A DNA stretch of 63,864 nt, counting the filler, from Rhabdomonas costata (Eukaryota), in assembly GCA_019059605.1 (NCBI GenBank). It is 47 parts of 47 records of this genome, joined end to end, with 100 filler letters (N's around TTAATTAATTAA, not from the genome) between each part and the next. Parts side by side here need not be neighbours in the genome. Positions count along the whole stretch, not along the records: positions 35,390 to 36,650 come from JAHMHO010021541.1; positions 36,751 to 38,011 come from JAHMHO010021542.1; positions 38,112 to 39,365 come from JAHMHO010021543.1; positions 39,466 to 40,725 come from JAHMHO010021544.1; positions 40,826 to 42,086 come from JAHMHO010021545.1; positions 42,187 to 43,446 come from JAHMHO010021546.1; positions 43,547 to 44,806 come from JAHMHO010021547.1; positions 44,907 to 46,166 come from JAHMHO010021548.1; 39 more parts are not named here. One strand, given 5' to 3'. The translations under genes were made by a program, and so were the position numbers. The number at the start of each line of letters is the position of its first letter. Positions within the stretch are counted from its first letter, which is position 1. The notes below the pieces were generated by a model. The model searched no databases, was not told where the DNA came from, and saw only the letters and a program-made list of their open reading frames with translations. This document shows, one piece after another, positions 36,401 through 50,364 of this stretch.

Positions 36401-39400
36401 CAGTGATTCCTTGAATTACAAATCTCTTTTCGGCAATTTCAACAACTGGACCACAGTTAGCGACGACTGTTCCAGCGCAATCAGTGATGTTTAAAAACCC
36501 TAGGAAGCCGCAGTTCAACGCGGCAACAACCACCTCGCCGAATCGCAGGCCTAGCTTTGGAAGAGTGGAAGGTAGCTTCCGAGGAAGAGTCTTTGCTGGA
36601 CGTGGTCGAGGGTACGTGTATGCTAGATCACCCCAACAAACACAACCCACNNNNNNNNNNNNNNNNNNNNNNNNNNNNNNNNNNNNNNNNNNNNTTAATT
36701 AATTAANNNNNNNNNNNNNNNNNNNNNNNNNNNNNNNNNNNNNNNNNNNNAGTAACAAGACGTTACTGACGCACAACGTCCCAGAGGCCCAGAAACGGCC
36801 GAAAAAAACTCATCCGAGAGAAACCATGCAGAAATAAACGAGCTTCTGAGTTCCAAGTTAGGTCTCTCATCCAGTAACGTCAGTAGAGTGTGCGGGAGTG
36901 ACCATGGGAAATTTCGCCAAGCCAACTTGGCCGACCTTAGGACAACCCCCCGCTTTCCCGAGGTTGAAGAGGTCAGATAGGAGTAAAGGAGTCAGAACTG
37001 GACAGGGGCTACGAACTACGAAGAGTAGGCGGGGAATGTGGCAACCAGAACGAAAAAAGACGGGTGGAGTGGGGGGTTAACGCATTGCGTGCCAACGGGA
37101 TGCGCTGGAGGGGCTCGAGGCGCAACGCTTGCGGAGGAAGCGTTGTATGAAGCCAAGTCAATAGCCGAGGCTGCAGAAAGAGGGACAGGGTCGATTTTTG
37201 TGATGGAAGACACAGCATGCCACTGTGTGTCGCATCAAATCAAACAAAACTTTCATATGCGCGAAACTTGTGAGCAAGCGAACCCTTATCGGAGACTGGT
37301 ATTATATATATTCGAGCGAACAGAAAAGGATTCCAGCGAAGTGTGACCGATGGACACCCGTTCCCTCCCTTGCACTTCGTTCAATGTATAAGCAAGCACC
37401 CCCGGGAAACCCACTTACCCACGGCAACAAAAATGGGCGTCACGGGTGTCACAAAATGAATATCACGAATGAATGTCACGGGGAACACGCAAGCGATTGT
37501 TCAGAAGGAGAATCATTTTCAGAAAAACTTTCGACTTTCAAAAAATTTCGGTCACTTTGAATATCGTGAGGCAGCGGTACAACACTGATATTTGGGTTTA
37601 TCGTTAATCGAGAGACATCACCACGCGGCTGCGACTTTCACAATAAAAATTTCGCAAACCACACATGCAAGAATTAAGCAAAACAATAGCATGCTACTCC
37701 TCCGGACAAGGGGGAACGGGGCATTTGCTTGTGCATGCTGGAAGACTGGCGAGCAGACGCCTAGTTGTTGATGTCTTACCATTCACCGTAGGATGCAATT
37801 CTAAAGTGATGTTAAAACGTGCCAGAACCGACGGCAGTCAGACCCCAGCTCCTATGTCAACATGCTACTGCTAAGCAGCACCAGCCGAAAGATTGGGCTC
37901 GACATATGCCCGCACAGGTTCTAACAGTGATCCCCAAAGTCAACTTTTCGGAAAGTACAAAGCAACTCAAAACCCCAGGCCCAGAAGCGAGGAACATCAG
38001 TTGCATTTGTGNNNNNNNNNNNNNNNNNNNNNNNNNNNNNNNNNNNNNNNNNNNNTTAATTAATTAANNNNNNNNNNNNNNNNNNNNNNNNNNNNNNNNN
38101 NNNNNNNNNNNGAGGACTTGAAAAAGTACGGCCAGGTCGTACACCACCACGGTGGCGCCACAGAGCGGAGGGGTGGTGCTGAAGGTCAGCGAGGAGACGC
38201 TTGCGAAGTGCGTGGACTGCGCCGCCAGCCCTCCGCTGGACCGAGAGTTGCTCTGCATCGAGGGCCGCGTTCCTGAGATCGAAAGCAGAGCGCACGTAGT
38301 GAAAAACGGTTGTAGGTCCAATCGACACTGACTCCTTTGCTAATTTCTCTATAGGTGATGTTTAGCGAAGCCTTTAACCCGAAGACACTTCAGACTCAGC
38401 TGAAGTTCCTTTCTATAAACAGCAAGCCGGTCGGTTTTGGGCAATGAAGAGGAGGAAAGAGGAAAGAAACCCACTCCGGTAGGTTTTCTTCTCGCAGGAG
38501 TTATACAAGATAGCACCCTGGAACCCTGGAGACAAATCTCTCCCGCGGGGCAACTTCCCGATTTCCATTCCACTCCGGCCCATCCCTGTCCTTCGTGTGA
38601 ACCTTGCTGCTCACGATGAGCTGCGGCCAGGTTGCCGATGAGATCAATCTGCTGAGAAGCCTCCATTTCTCGATCACGTAGACAAAAAGACAAAGAAAAG
38701 TTAAAGGCGTCAGAAACGTTGCACTGAAAACAGGAAGTCAGGTTCGTTTTTTTTGGGTGGAGGCGATTGGGCAGTGCACACCCCCCCAAAGAAAAATCCC
38801 GCTTCACCCAAAACACTTCAACAGCCAAAATTTATGGTTAAAGACAAACTGACGGGCAAAAAAGGATTTCAGGATAGGAAAGCAAGTAGGATAAGTATGA
38901 TGAAAGCACAACTGTTCCGTAAAAAAATTTTCTAGAACAATCATACGTGAATATGCAGACGAGCAAGGGGATCCTTCATGCCGCTCTCCAAGCCGCCATC
39001 TCCTCATTTCGTGTCATATTCACGGAGAGGGTTTCACTGAAAGCCCGTTGACCTGAGTTCTTGCAACTACCGTGCCACTCGACCCAGCTCAAAAAAAACA
39101 AAAAAAAATACAGGCAGATACAGCAGTCTTTCGAACGTGCAAAAAAGGTCAGCATGGAACAGGGAAAAAAGAGAGGCAATAACGCCCTCCAGGGGTGGAG
39201 GGGTGTGTCCTTCCGCTTTCGCAAAGGACACCATCATGCCATTCCGCATGTCCCACGCGTGCAGCAGAGACGGCATTCTTCACGTCTTACACTAGCCACA
39301 AGGACGTAACTGGTTGGCTCTTTGGGCAAACCCGCGAAACCATCCTGCCACTCAGCAAAAAACCCNNNNNNNNNNNNNNNNNNNNNNNNNNNNNNNNNNN

Positions 39401-39465
39401 NNNNNNNNNTTAATTAATTAANNNNNNNNNNNNNNNNNNNNNNNNNNNNNNNNNNNNNNNNNNNN

Positions 39466-39633
39466 GGTGGGGTTGCAACGAAAGCAGCAGGTGCTGGAGT
39501 GCCTGGCATTCAACCAAGAACTTGCCCAGGAGCGCCGTGACGCGTTGTCCAAGGCCCGGGCAGAGTCGGCTGCTGCCGAGGAGGACCCCGACAAGGGTCT
39601 CCTGGGACCGTTGATGACGGCCTCCCTGAGGCG
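39466..39633 (+). CDS. Putative coiled-coil exon
   Basis: QQVLECLAFNQELAQERRDALSKARAE.. ending at a GTACGA donor. Confidence 0.4.
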
Positions 39634-42600
39634 GTACGATTGTGCTTCTGCTGAGCGCGGGCTTGCGCCCCCCCCCCCCGTGCGGTGCCCTGTATTATCT
39701 CCTTTATCTCATTGCTGAGTGCTTGGGAGTGTGCAGGAATGCAAATTGCAAAAATGTGTGACATGATTTTCACCTCCTTCCCCTTTGTGGACCTCTTATC
39801 ACTGGATGTTTTGAAGAAGTTTGGGAATTGAAAAAGACCGCCCTTGTCTTGAGTTTTTGTATCCGCCGCCTATATGTTAACACTACGTTCATGAGACTGG
39901 TGTGAGGGGGTGTGAATAGGAAGGCACAAGTACCTCCACACCTGGAACGTCACTGCCCCTGGACTGCTGCAAAAAAAAAAACGCTGGGCTTCCCGAGCCA
40001 GGGCCGGTCTCTTTTTGCAATTGCAAAAAATTGCAAAAATTGTAAAACCATCTGGATTATGCAAAAAAAAAAAAATAGCAAAAAAAATTTTCGGGTCCAG
40101 CTGTGTCCCAATCTTCAAGGCAAGTGAGGGTGGCATGCAGTGCCAAGCCTATCAAGTTCCCATGCGACATCTTCCAATAATTGCAAAGAATCGTACAACC
40201 CAGCGTGAAGAATACGACTCTCAAAGCGTTTTCTCTCGCAGTGACATCCTTGCGTGTTTTTATATAGCTGCGTCGCAGCCGTCGTGCTTCTCTTTATCTT
40301 CGGAGTCGCGTTTCTATTCTCGTATATGCGGTCGTGGGGCAGGGCTCGGCCACGAAGAGGGGTCGTCCATCCACCTCTGGAGGGGCCCCCTGTCCTGCCC
40401 TCAGATAGCTTGGAGTATTTCCAGGCATCCAACCACCCGTCCTTCCGCTTGCCTTTTTCTTTTGCCCGTTTGCTCTTGCCCCCCCTCCCTTCCGGATTTC
40501 TGTGTGTGCTTTTGAAATTTGCCTGCACACCAACACCATCGGGTTCCCTTTTCACGGGGTATGCTGATAATTTCTTTAAATTTCGTTTCTTGCGATCCAC
40601 GAATATGTCTTGTCTTGTGTGTCTGGTGACCAGCCTCCATTCTTGGTATTTAACAATATTACATCTGCACATTATAACCTCCTGTGCACAATATATGACC
40701 TTCGTGCCGTGATAGACACAAACCCNNNNNNNNNNNNNNNNNNNNNNNNNNNNNNNNNNNNNNNNNNNNTTAATTAATTAANNNNNNNNNNNNNNNNNNN
40801 NNNNNNNNNNNNNNNNNNNNNNNNNGTTGGGGGTTGGGATGCCCCGCACTCGGGCCGTCCTGGGCGCTGCAGGGGCGGACCTCACTCTTCCCGTATGCGA
40901 GAAAGAAGAAGAACGGAAGAAAACAGCAAGTAATGAGCAATGATCACATAGTTAAGTGGAGCATGCGAAATCAGAAATCGGACTCGTTGTGCGATACATT
41001 CACGAGTGCGCGGTAGGTGAATGAGCAGGGAGTGCCAAACTTCGCATAGGGTAGTTGTTGAAACTGCGCCAAGGGGGACTCAGATATATAGGGCGACTCA
41101 GAGGGAGTTGCCAGCAGCGATAAGTTCAAGGGAATTTCAAAGGTCGCTTTGTTTCGCTCCTTTCGGATCCCTTTGGGGTTCTGTTTCTTCTTTATTCCAT
41201 CTCTCCCCTTCATCGCTCTGTCAGTCAATTTGCAAATGGAATTTCGCTTCCCTCCCCTTCAATCGTTCCCTCTCCCGTTGCATAGTGGACATAGTGGGGC
41301 TAGACACTGGAAGCGGGCCATCCCCCCATGCGTGTAAGGTTGTATGCGCACTGTTGCATGTTGTGGATTTGTACGGATGTGGTTTCACTGGAGCGGATGA
41401 TGTTGCACACCACCCCAGCTGGGATTGGGCAGTGGGTCGGCGGTCGTCAGCAAGTTATGGGTTGTCCATGCTCCCACCGCATTCTCTGTCGGCGACTGGC
41501 GTGTTTTGGTCGCAGATCCCGACTTATCCCAGAGCCAGAGCACCGACTGTAGCATTGACTCTTTCGTCTTTAAAGATAAAGTGCGGGATACAGGCTGTAT
41601 AATTTAGAGGATTTCGGTTTTCTCAGAAGGCTTGCACACCACTCCAGGAGAACAGTAAACAAGTTTAGGGGGCGACAGTAGGGGATGGGTAGTTGCTTTT
41701 CGAATATCCTGAAGCTCTCATAAGCAAATAAGGCATTCCTGTAGGATCGTCTGGATAGACAGTTTTCCAGAGACTTAGAACGTGGCGCCGCCCTTTATCC
41801 TCCTTTCGATTTTTGTTAATTTGTGTATTTTTCCTTCTTTTGCCCTGACCAAATTTTAAGATATTCCCGCTGCAGGTAGGATCAGTCGTGGGCCTCCGAG
41901 GTCTCTTCTAGTCACGCTGGACCCACCGGTCGGTCCCGCGCCCACGTTTAAGTCTTCTCTATAACGGTTCGCTAACGGTCCGCAAAGTCTCCTTTCTTTT
42001 CCCCTCGCATGTAGGGGGCCGCAAATTCCAGTGATCCATAACTCCGCCCCCTTCCACAGGTGCATATACGCATAACACCCAACCCCNNNNNNNNNNNNNN
42101 NNNNNNNNNNNNNNNNNNNNNNNNNNNNNNTTAATTAATTAANNNNNNNNNNNNNNNNNNNNNNNNNNNNNNNNNNNNNNNNNNNNGTGTGGGTGTGTTT
42201 GGGTGTGTGTGGAGTTATCTCTCAATTAGGAGTTGAATCGTGGGCGGCGGAACGTTAGCCACCTTCTTATTGATTCCCAGACGAGCGTTGCGCTTCCGGT
42301 GCTCATGTGCTCATAGTGAGACGGCGTTTTGTCTTTGCTTTTTTCTTACCGACAAAGAATTTCTTTTCAGCAATCTTTTCTGCATTTTCACTTCATTCAG
42401 GTCCGCGGACCCCATGGAGTGGACGAAACCCCCTGCAAGCACGGCGGACGAAGTTGAAGCGTTTTCCCTGTTGTCTTTTGATGGGTTTGATAGTCCCAAG
42501 GGAAGGGAACGCAAATCCTTCAGGAGTCGATTTGCAAGCAGCATGATGTGTGGTGTACCCGTGCTCGCGCCATGATACTGAGAACGTCAGCTCTTTGAGT

Positions 42601-43551
42601 GGAGAGCCAAAAGGCTTCTTGGGGCCCGCAAGGAAAAACGAAACAGCAACGAGAAGTAAAAGAAGAACGGATGGGAAGAAGCAACGATATGTGAAACATC
42701 GCGAAAACCGGAGAAATGTAGGGGCGAGAGAACCTGCAGCCCCTTGGAAGAGATCTTGAGGGCCTCGGAGAAGGTCTTCGCGAGCTCCCCGGTAGAGCCC
42801 GGACCGGAAGGCAAGGGCCGCACCACACTCAGGGACCGGCCTAGAGCGCGCAGCAGCTCCGCCCGCAGGGGACCCTACAGAAGTGAAAAAACAACAGATG
42901 AACCAAAACAAGACTCAAAGAAACAGAGCTTCTTTATGGTCGTCGCACCGCGGCCACCTTAGGTAGAACAGGAGCAGTTGTGTGTTGGGCAGCGTCCCAC
43001 AATGTCCCACACACCGCAAGAAGTCGCTGTCCAGCAGCAGCAACCACACAAGTGTATTCAAAGTCTTATTTTGCAGCGCCACAGACACAGAACCATGCGT
43101 TTCGCCTATGGCACCGTAGTGGTGCCGTGCAGCGCATTGTTTCACAGCATGTGTCAGGGAGAAGAAGACAACCCTTTCGAAAGATCAAAGGCTCCGCTTT
43201 GGAGCATTCTCAACTCCCCGAAGGGAGGTTCTTACGGATGATATATGTTAAAGCGGTTGCGGCTCCTCCGGAAACAACCCTTTCACCTCCAAAAAAGCAG
43301 TCACTGCAGCTGGGGCATTTTACTTGATTGGCGAAAAAATAGGCAACTAGTAATTTAGTATTTTGGCGATACTTGTCGTTTACAAATCTGAACAGCAGCA
43401 CTCCTGCAAGGCGACCTAATGACAGGTTTGTAAACGACAAGTATCGNNNNNNNNNNNNNNNNNNNNNNNNNNNNNNNNNNNNNNNNNNNNTTAATTAATT
43501 AANNNNNNNNNNNNNNNNNNNNNNNNNNNNNNNNNNNNNNNNNNNNGGTGG

Positions 43552-43731
43552 TGGTGAAGACGATGTTATGTAATTTTTATGCTCCAGAAAGCGCTTCTCT
43601 TGGCCGCCTGTGTTTTTTTTCCAAACAACCACAGCCTCCTGGTAGAATTGGCGGCCCTTTGGAAAAAAAACACAGGCGGCCAAGAGAAGCGCTTTCTGGA
43701 GCATAAAAATTACATAACATCGTCTTCACCA
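43552..43731. repeat. Terminal fold-back inverted repeat (about 74-bp arms), probable chimera
   Basis: Perfect inverted arms at the contig start. Confidence 0.8.
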
Positions 43732-46016
43732 CAGCATGTTGCCGCAGAATAGGGACCGCAGAGACCTGGAAACAGCAACGGACAGTTTCACCAGGGAATG
43801 CGGAAGAGACAAACAGACAGAAGTGCAAAAAGCGGGAAAGCATTGACATGGTGGCTTCAGCATTCGGCCATCAAGGAGCAGTTCCCTCAGCCCCATACAC
43901 ACGTTTCGACCTCTGTGTGTATGTACATCTGGCGTCAGCATACTTCCGCGTTTTCCGCGACCCTCCTTTATGTCTGTTTTCGTAATGCATCGCGATCGTG
44001 ACCAAAAGAAAGAGCTCTTCCTGGTTGCCTTGCATTTGCGTAAAACTTTTCTGCAAGGGATGTGTCTGTACTTACCCTCCAAAAACAGTCCCAGTTTCTC
44101 ATACTGTGATGTATTAGCCCGAAATGCTTTTCTCGATCCCCCCGCTCCCTTAAAGTCTCCCAGCGAAGCAGTCTGCTGAAAGGCTGCTTGTCATTCGCCC
44201 TTTCCGCGCGGCTACGCCAGCCCCGAGTTAGAGCCAACATTGACACCTCCGTTGGAAATCCAAGTTACTGTTTCTTTGAGAAGCGATATTTTCTCTCATT
44301 CCGCACACCTCGAGAAGGGCCTTCAGAGCAAGCATCGTGTTGTCCGGTACTCCTTTCCCGCTAATAGGCCCCAGGTAGTCGTCAACCAGCACGCAATTCT
44401 CTTCATGACCTTGCAAGGGAAGGGAAGTTCACCGCAAAATCTCCCAAATACCAAGCTGCCCTTGTGGGCTTGGGCCCTCAATCCCACTGGGCTTGGAACT
44501 GCTTTCCTAGAGGGCGGGGTTGGTTGCCTTGCACTGTCCATAATGTCATCTTAATCTCAATTCTCTCTCCACTCCGCTTGCCCGGGCTTCTCTTGTAGTC
44601 TGTTTTTTTTCTGGTTTTTGGGCCGTCTCGCTGCCATTCTCTCCTTGTCTCGAGCTGAACCGTGCTGCTCCTGTCAAGCGGTAATTTTTCCGCCGCTCAC
44701 TCGCCACTTCTGGGGGGCTCCTTTTCTCGCCAGATCCACCCACGTCACACAGGCACACGCACACAGACACACGCGCACACACAACCCCAAACACACAACC
44801 AAAAAANNNNNNNNNNNNNNNNNNNNNNNNNNNNNNNNNNNNNNNNNNNNTTAATTAATTAANNNNNNNNNNNNNNNNNNNNNNNNNNNNNNNNNNNNNN
44901 NNNNNNACGGCCAGAGAAGGGAGCGAAAAGGCACTTCCGTTGTCTTGACGAGACTCGATGAGGACCCATGGGGCAGGTGTCTCCCGAAGCACAGCCACGG
45001 GGAGAACATCACGACGCAACGACGGAGTTACACTTGAATGCCAAAAGGATGACTTTCTCGCGGGCCCAGCGGCCACCCAGGGAACAGCCGCCCGACTGAA
45101 TGGAAGAAGCAAGGTTGCAAAAAAGAGCAGAAGCCAGCGAGTCGAATTGTTAATCACTTTTTTAATTTCCATGTGGTGCAGGTGTGAAATCCTTTACATA
45201 ACGAAAATGTGCCTTCGCTGTCACACACGGATGATATTTTCCAGGGTCTTAGAACCTCATTGGATCGCAGTTGCAGAAAACCCGCCCGCCATCAAGCTCC
45301 CGCACGAGACAAAATGAGTAAAACAACCTCGTTCGGCCGATTGCACCACGGACGTTACCATAATGCGAACAAAAACAGCATCGCTTCGTCGATTCTTTTG
45401 ACCGCACTTTTTGGTGGCGAAAGATAGTGGACAGTTACCCTAAAGATCAAAAACGGCATGCACATCAGGGGGGGGGCACCGTAGCGGGCGGCACTTTGCC
45501 CCAGGGACCGGGCAGGGTCTCATGCATGCTGGCAGGCAACTCTCTGGTGGACCTGGCTCAGCAACCACCGCCACCGCCAGGTCCGGCTTATCCTGCTCAC
45601 GGGCAGGATGCACTCCGATGATGGCCTCGGTTTCTTCACAGTCCTCCCGATCACACAGCAGGGCCACCGGGCTGGGGGCGCAGCGCAAGGCGGGAAGGGG
45701 GCACCCCCGGAGGCCAGCAAGGGCCCTCGAGGGCGCAAGGAACGAGACAGGGGGTGTGAAAACGGCCCTGGCGGGCAGCCAACTCGGGGCAAGGTCGGTG
45801 GTGAGATCCGGGTTGAGGGGTGACTTGGAATGATTGGGATGATCAGGAGAGCCGGATGGAGGGGACAGTTGTTTAGGACGCCTGCACAAAAGAAACCCCC
45901 CAAAAGACACAGTTTTCTTTGTGGAAGTACAGTGGAAGCCACTTCTGGTTCCGCTGTGCACTTTTCTTCCTCTTTGCTTAATGGGGCTTCTTTTTTTCTT
46001 CCTTTTTTGGAGCTCG

Positions 46017-46054
46017 GGGTCGTCGCACCCCTGGCCCCTACTCACTGCGGGCTT
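46017..46054 (+). repeat. Dispersed short repeat, copy 2
   Basis: 34/38 identical to 26958-26995. Confidence 0.75.
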
Positions 46055-47626
46055 TTTTTATAGGCAAAAGGCACCCCTTATCGCTAAAAGCAAGGTGTAG
46101 ATCTCGCCAACGCGGTGTCTATCAAAAGCAGAGGCTCTTCAACCCGGGACAGCGGAACCAAAAAACNNNNNNNNNNNNNNNNNNNNNNNNNNNNNNNNNN
46201 NNNNNNNNNNTTAATTAATTAANNNNNNNNNNNNNNNNNNNNNNNNNNNNNNNNNNNNNNNNNNNNGTATGTTTTATGGGGGTGGGGGGTGAGGTGTGTG
46301 TGGGTGTCTGTGTCCAAATCCCTGCACCAGTGATAGTCGGGTTCCATTGGTACCCCGTGCTACCGTTGCCCTCTTCTCTTCATGCAAAAAAGTCTAATGG
46401 CTGAGATTTGCTCACCTAAATTTTCTGAAGCGCTTTTTTTTGTGCTTTTACAGCTGTGGTTTTGTTACTGTTAATGGGAATGGATGGTGTTGTCTCCCTT
46501 CCTTCCTTCCTTCCTACCCTAGAAATTGTCCTTTCGCAGTGAAAGGACGTTGTAGAAATATTTTTCCGTGCTCCCTGGATGAGATTTTCTGTTTTTATCA
46601 TTTCAAAATTACGGTTCACTCTAGGACAAGTCTTTGGCGGGTATTTGGGCAGACGAGGCGTACAGCATTAGGGGACGGGCAGCGCCGCGGCACAGCCAGA
46701 GGCGGGAACATGACCCGTGGGGAATTATTTTTAATGACTTTTCTAGGAAAACTTTCACCGCGGTTTAGGGTCACCAGTCGTAACCACTCATCCTTAGAAA
46801 AATAGCTAATGCCCATCGCTTTTTCACAGTCTCTTCGCTGCTTAACGCCAGTCCGCTGAGCTCGCTCAGCAGCAGCATGGCCAGACCCAGCAGTATGCCC
46901 CCCGCTCCCCCGGCCCCGCCGCTTTTCCTTCTTTTCCTTTCTCCTTTGTATAAGATCTCGGTTTCTGCTTTTTCCCTTTCCACCGAGAGTGGAACGTTTA
47001 CCAGAATGGCCCATCACTCGTAGCGCCTAATCTGCTGATGGACATCAAAGACCCATGTCCATGTGCAGCATAGCTCTCCCCTCTTAGTCTGTCATCAGAT
47101 TCAACTCCTCCTCATCTTCTTCTTCCTAACTGCGTTCCCATGATATGCGTCAACCCCACTGCATGGCATACGTTGCGCGCCTGACCCACTTCCTTGTAGA
47201 CTGCTGCCCTTCGCGTGCCTTTCATTGAGTGGGTGTGTGAGTGAGTGTCAGCTTCTCAGCTTTGATTGTGTGCTTGTTCTTTGTGCTCGCAGCGATTCCC
47301 TTGCACTCCCTGAGTCAGCTTTCTCCGAGACCCAGCGGTATGTCCTGTAGTACCCATGGGTAGTGTCTGCCTGTATATTCTTGGGCTCCTGAATCTCGTG
47401 CACAGAACTTCAGAAGGGATGCCATTCGCCCTTTGACCCCCGGAAAGTCTTGCACTGAATCATTGGGGACAGGTCGATCCCCACCCTTATTTTCCAGTGA
47501 AGTCCCACTGAATACGCCCAACCCCCNNNNNNNNNNNNNNNNNNNNNNNNNNNNNNNNNNNNNNNNNNNNTTAATTAATTAANNNNNNNNNNNNNNNNNN
47601 NNNNNNNNNNNNNNNNNNNNNNNNNN

Positions 47627-48218
47627 GGAACGCGAGCGAGCCCGTCTGGCTGGGGCGCTGCACGGACTGTCCTCTGCGAACTTTTCCGCAGTGGGGCCTG
47701 CGCCGTCGGCGATGGATGGGGCATCATCCCCACCTGCTCTGCCCACTGGACTGTCACCCCAACCGCTGCCATTGCCGGAGGGGCCTTCCCTTGCAGTCCC
47801 ATCCGAGTCTGGCCATTCCTTGGCGGTTCCCCTGCCGACGTCGTTGGACGCGGCGTCTCCTGCCACTGCTTCTCGTGGAAAAGGTGGAAGCGCCGAGCAT
47901 GTGCCTGCTGAGCGGGCTGCCTCAACTTCAGAGGATGTTGTGAGCCCGTTGACCTCTGAGAGCTCTCCAAAGGCAGACGGCTCGGATCCTCCTCCTCATC
48001 CCAGAGGGCCGGACTCCGCTGCCACGGCTGTCGTGACGGGATCCCGGGGTGAAGCCGCAGCAGAAGCTAGGGAAGTGGGTTTTTCGGCGGCGGCGCAGGG
48101 TATGCTGGTTCAGCTGCAGGTGGAGGTGGAAAGGCTTCGGCAGACGGTGCAGCAGCAGAGGGATTCTCTCACGGAGCTGACCACACAGCTCTGCGTCGTG
48201 ACCCAAAAGCTGGCTCAG
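47627..48218 (+). CDS. Pro/Ser/Ala-rich exon ending in a coiled coil
   Basis: Long GC-rich open frame ending LQVEVERLRQTVQQQRDSLTELTTQL. Possible CAG|GCATGC donor. Confidence 0.45.
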
Positions 48219-49168
48219 GCATGCCATGTTGCTGGAGAGAGAGAGAGAGATCAAAAGTAGAAGTGAGTGAGTGAGAGGCCGTCCGACATGTCCTCTTCTG
48301 TCAAAGTATGCTTGTGGATTGGGGTGCATGTGCGGTGTGAATGTAGATGGGGGTGGAGATGCATCGAAAACAGCCAGTAGGCCTAAGTACGCCTGGCGCT
48401 GACTTCACGGGCGTTAAGGCCATTAATTATTTCTCTCCCCTTCTGGCTCCCGGTCAACCCTCCCGCCTTGTGTTGTGCTCCTGTGTGACCTTGTTTGCTG
48501 AACCATCGCGGTTTGGCACCCTGTTTGTGTGGGCATGCCCTTCAACGTGGAACTGATTCCATTATGGGCATTACCACAGTGGCACTTGTCCGGAAAGCCT
48601 CCAATCAATAAACACCAGAATACGTCCGTTTAGTGCAGGATGGTGGAGCCCATTCAAGGCCCCTCCCCCCTTCGTCCCAGCTACGCATGCACTTTTTCAA
48701 CGGAAGCATCCTCCCTTCACAAACACACCGAAGACAATGCAGACCGCAACCAGCGGTGTCGTTTCAGAGGTCACAGAACAAAGGTTCCCCCGCAGCTGTG
48801 CGGCCCTCACGGCTCGCCGTCCACCCTTCCAAATCAAACAGGCGGAGACCCGAGCAGGGGACTTGGAGCGGGAGCTAACCACCACCNNNNNNNNNNNNNN
48901 NNNNNNNNNNNNNNNNNNNNNNNNNNNNNNTTAATTAATTAANNNNNNNNNNNNNNNNNNNNNNNNNNNNNNNNNNNNNNNNNNNNTTTGTCATTCTGTC
49001 ATTTGCCAGTATGTTGAACACTGTTAATTGCTTCAATTTCATTTAGTTTCGTGAATTGCTATTAATTGGTATATAAAATGTGTTGGATGTGCTCTTTCCC
49101 ACTAGGGAAACTGGGGATTTTCGTTTTTTTTCACACGAGCTAAGGTTTTGATATTATGCTTCACCCAG

Positions 49169-49920
49169 ATCCGGAGCGATGTGATTTCGATGCGCTCGGG
49201 CAGCCGGACGAAGATCGCAGCTTATGCGCTGATCAATGGCAAGTCGGAGGCCGAGAAGGCCTACTTTAGAGACCACGAGGGGATTATTCTCCTGACCTGG
49301 TTCGTGTTGCTTTTTGCTGGGACCTTCACCGCTCTCTGTGGGAAAATGGCAGCGCTAGTTGAGCTACGACAGTCACCCTACCCAACACCCAACGTTGCAA
49401 TGTGAGTTTTGTGGTCGCCATGCGGCCTCGATGCCAGTTGTCTTGGCCCATTCAAGCAGATAGGGAACGATGGGTTAGGGTTGGTACACACATTTTTTAA
49501 ATTGTAATTACGATGTGCGCGCTTTCGTAAACCCTGCACAGCTTTCTCTCCTTCTTGCTTATGGCTCCTCACTCCCTATGTGTTATGGAAGCACGCGGTG
49601 GGTTATTGGCCGAGCGGTGGGTATACACTGCCGGCGCCTTGCTCCGTGGTTCTATTGCCCATACCCCTGCTGACTTCACGACCTCTCACAGGGATGAAAA
49701 GGCCCATGGCTACGGGGTGCTGGACCGCTACCTGGAGTCGCTGCTGTGCATGACCCAAGTCTCTGCGGCGCTGAGCTGGGCCAAGGTGGTGCTGTTTGAC
49801 TTCGGCCTAGAGACCCCTGAAAACCTCAGTCGCCTGCATCGAGAGCTGGAGAAGGAAAAGAAGTCCTTCGTTTTGAAGACTATGGGGAACAAGTTCAAGT
49901 ACATTGAGCCCTTCAAGCTG
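49169..49920 (+). CDS. SIR2-like (SIR2_2) domain protein, C-terminal part; exons 49169-49299 and 49692-49920
   Basis: IRSDVISM..AAYALING..KAYFRDHEGIILLTW|DEKAHGYGVLDRYL resembles, from memory, the end of eukaryotic SIR2-like domains. The intron is in phase. Confidence 0.5.
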
Positions 49921-50106
49921 GTGTGTGTGTGTGTGGCTCTCCATTGCTCCCAGCAGAGTAGGCGAGCGCAGAGTGTTGGACCGCGTTTAATCCCACGACT
50001 TCCACGCAGCAGCAAGGTGCAATCCGTAGCCGAGAAGCGTCGAGGCAGCGGGAGAGTATTCGAATAGAGGCAGAAAGACCTGCACCAAAGCATTGCCTTG
50101 TGCATA

Positions 50107-50108
<2 letters not shown>

Positions 50109-50148
<40 letters not shown>
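50109..50148. repeat. (TG)n microsatellite
   Basis: Seen directly. Confidence 0.97.
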
Positions 50149-50150
<2 letters not shown>

Positions 50151-50364
50151 CTCGCAGCACTGCTCTTCGCTGTCTTCTCTTGTGTTTCTTTTTCCCTTCA
50201 CCCACCCCCGCACTCACGATGTGTGCTTCCTTTTCTCTCCCTAACTTGCACATGAAAGAATATGNNNNNNNNNNNNNNNNNNNNNNNNNNNNNNNNNNNN
50301 NNNNNNNNTTAATTAATTAANNNNNNNNNNNNNNNNNNNNNNNNNNNNNNNNNNNNNNNNNNNN

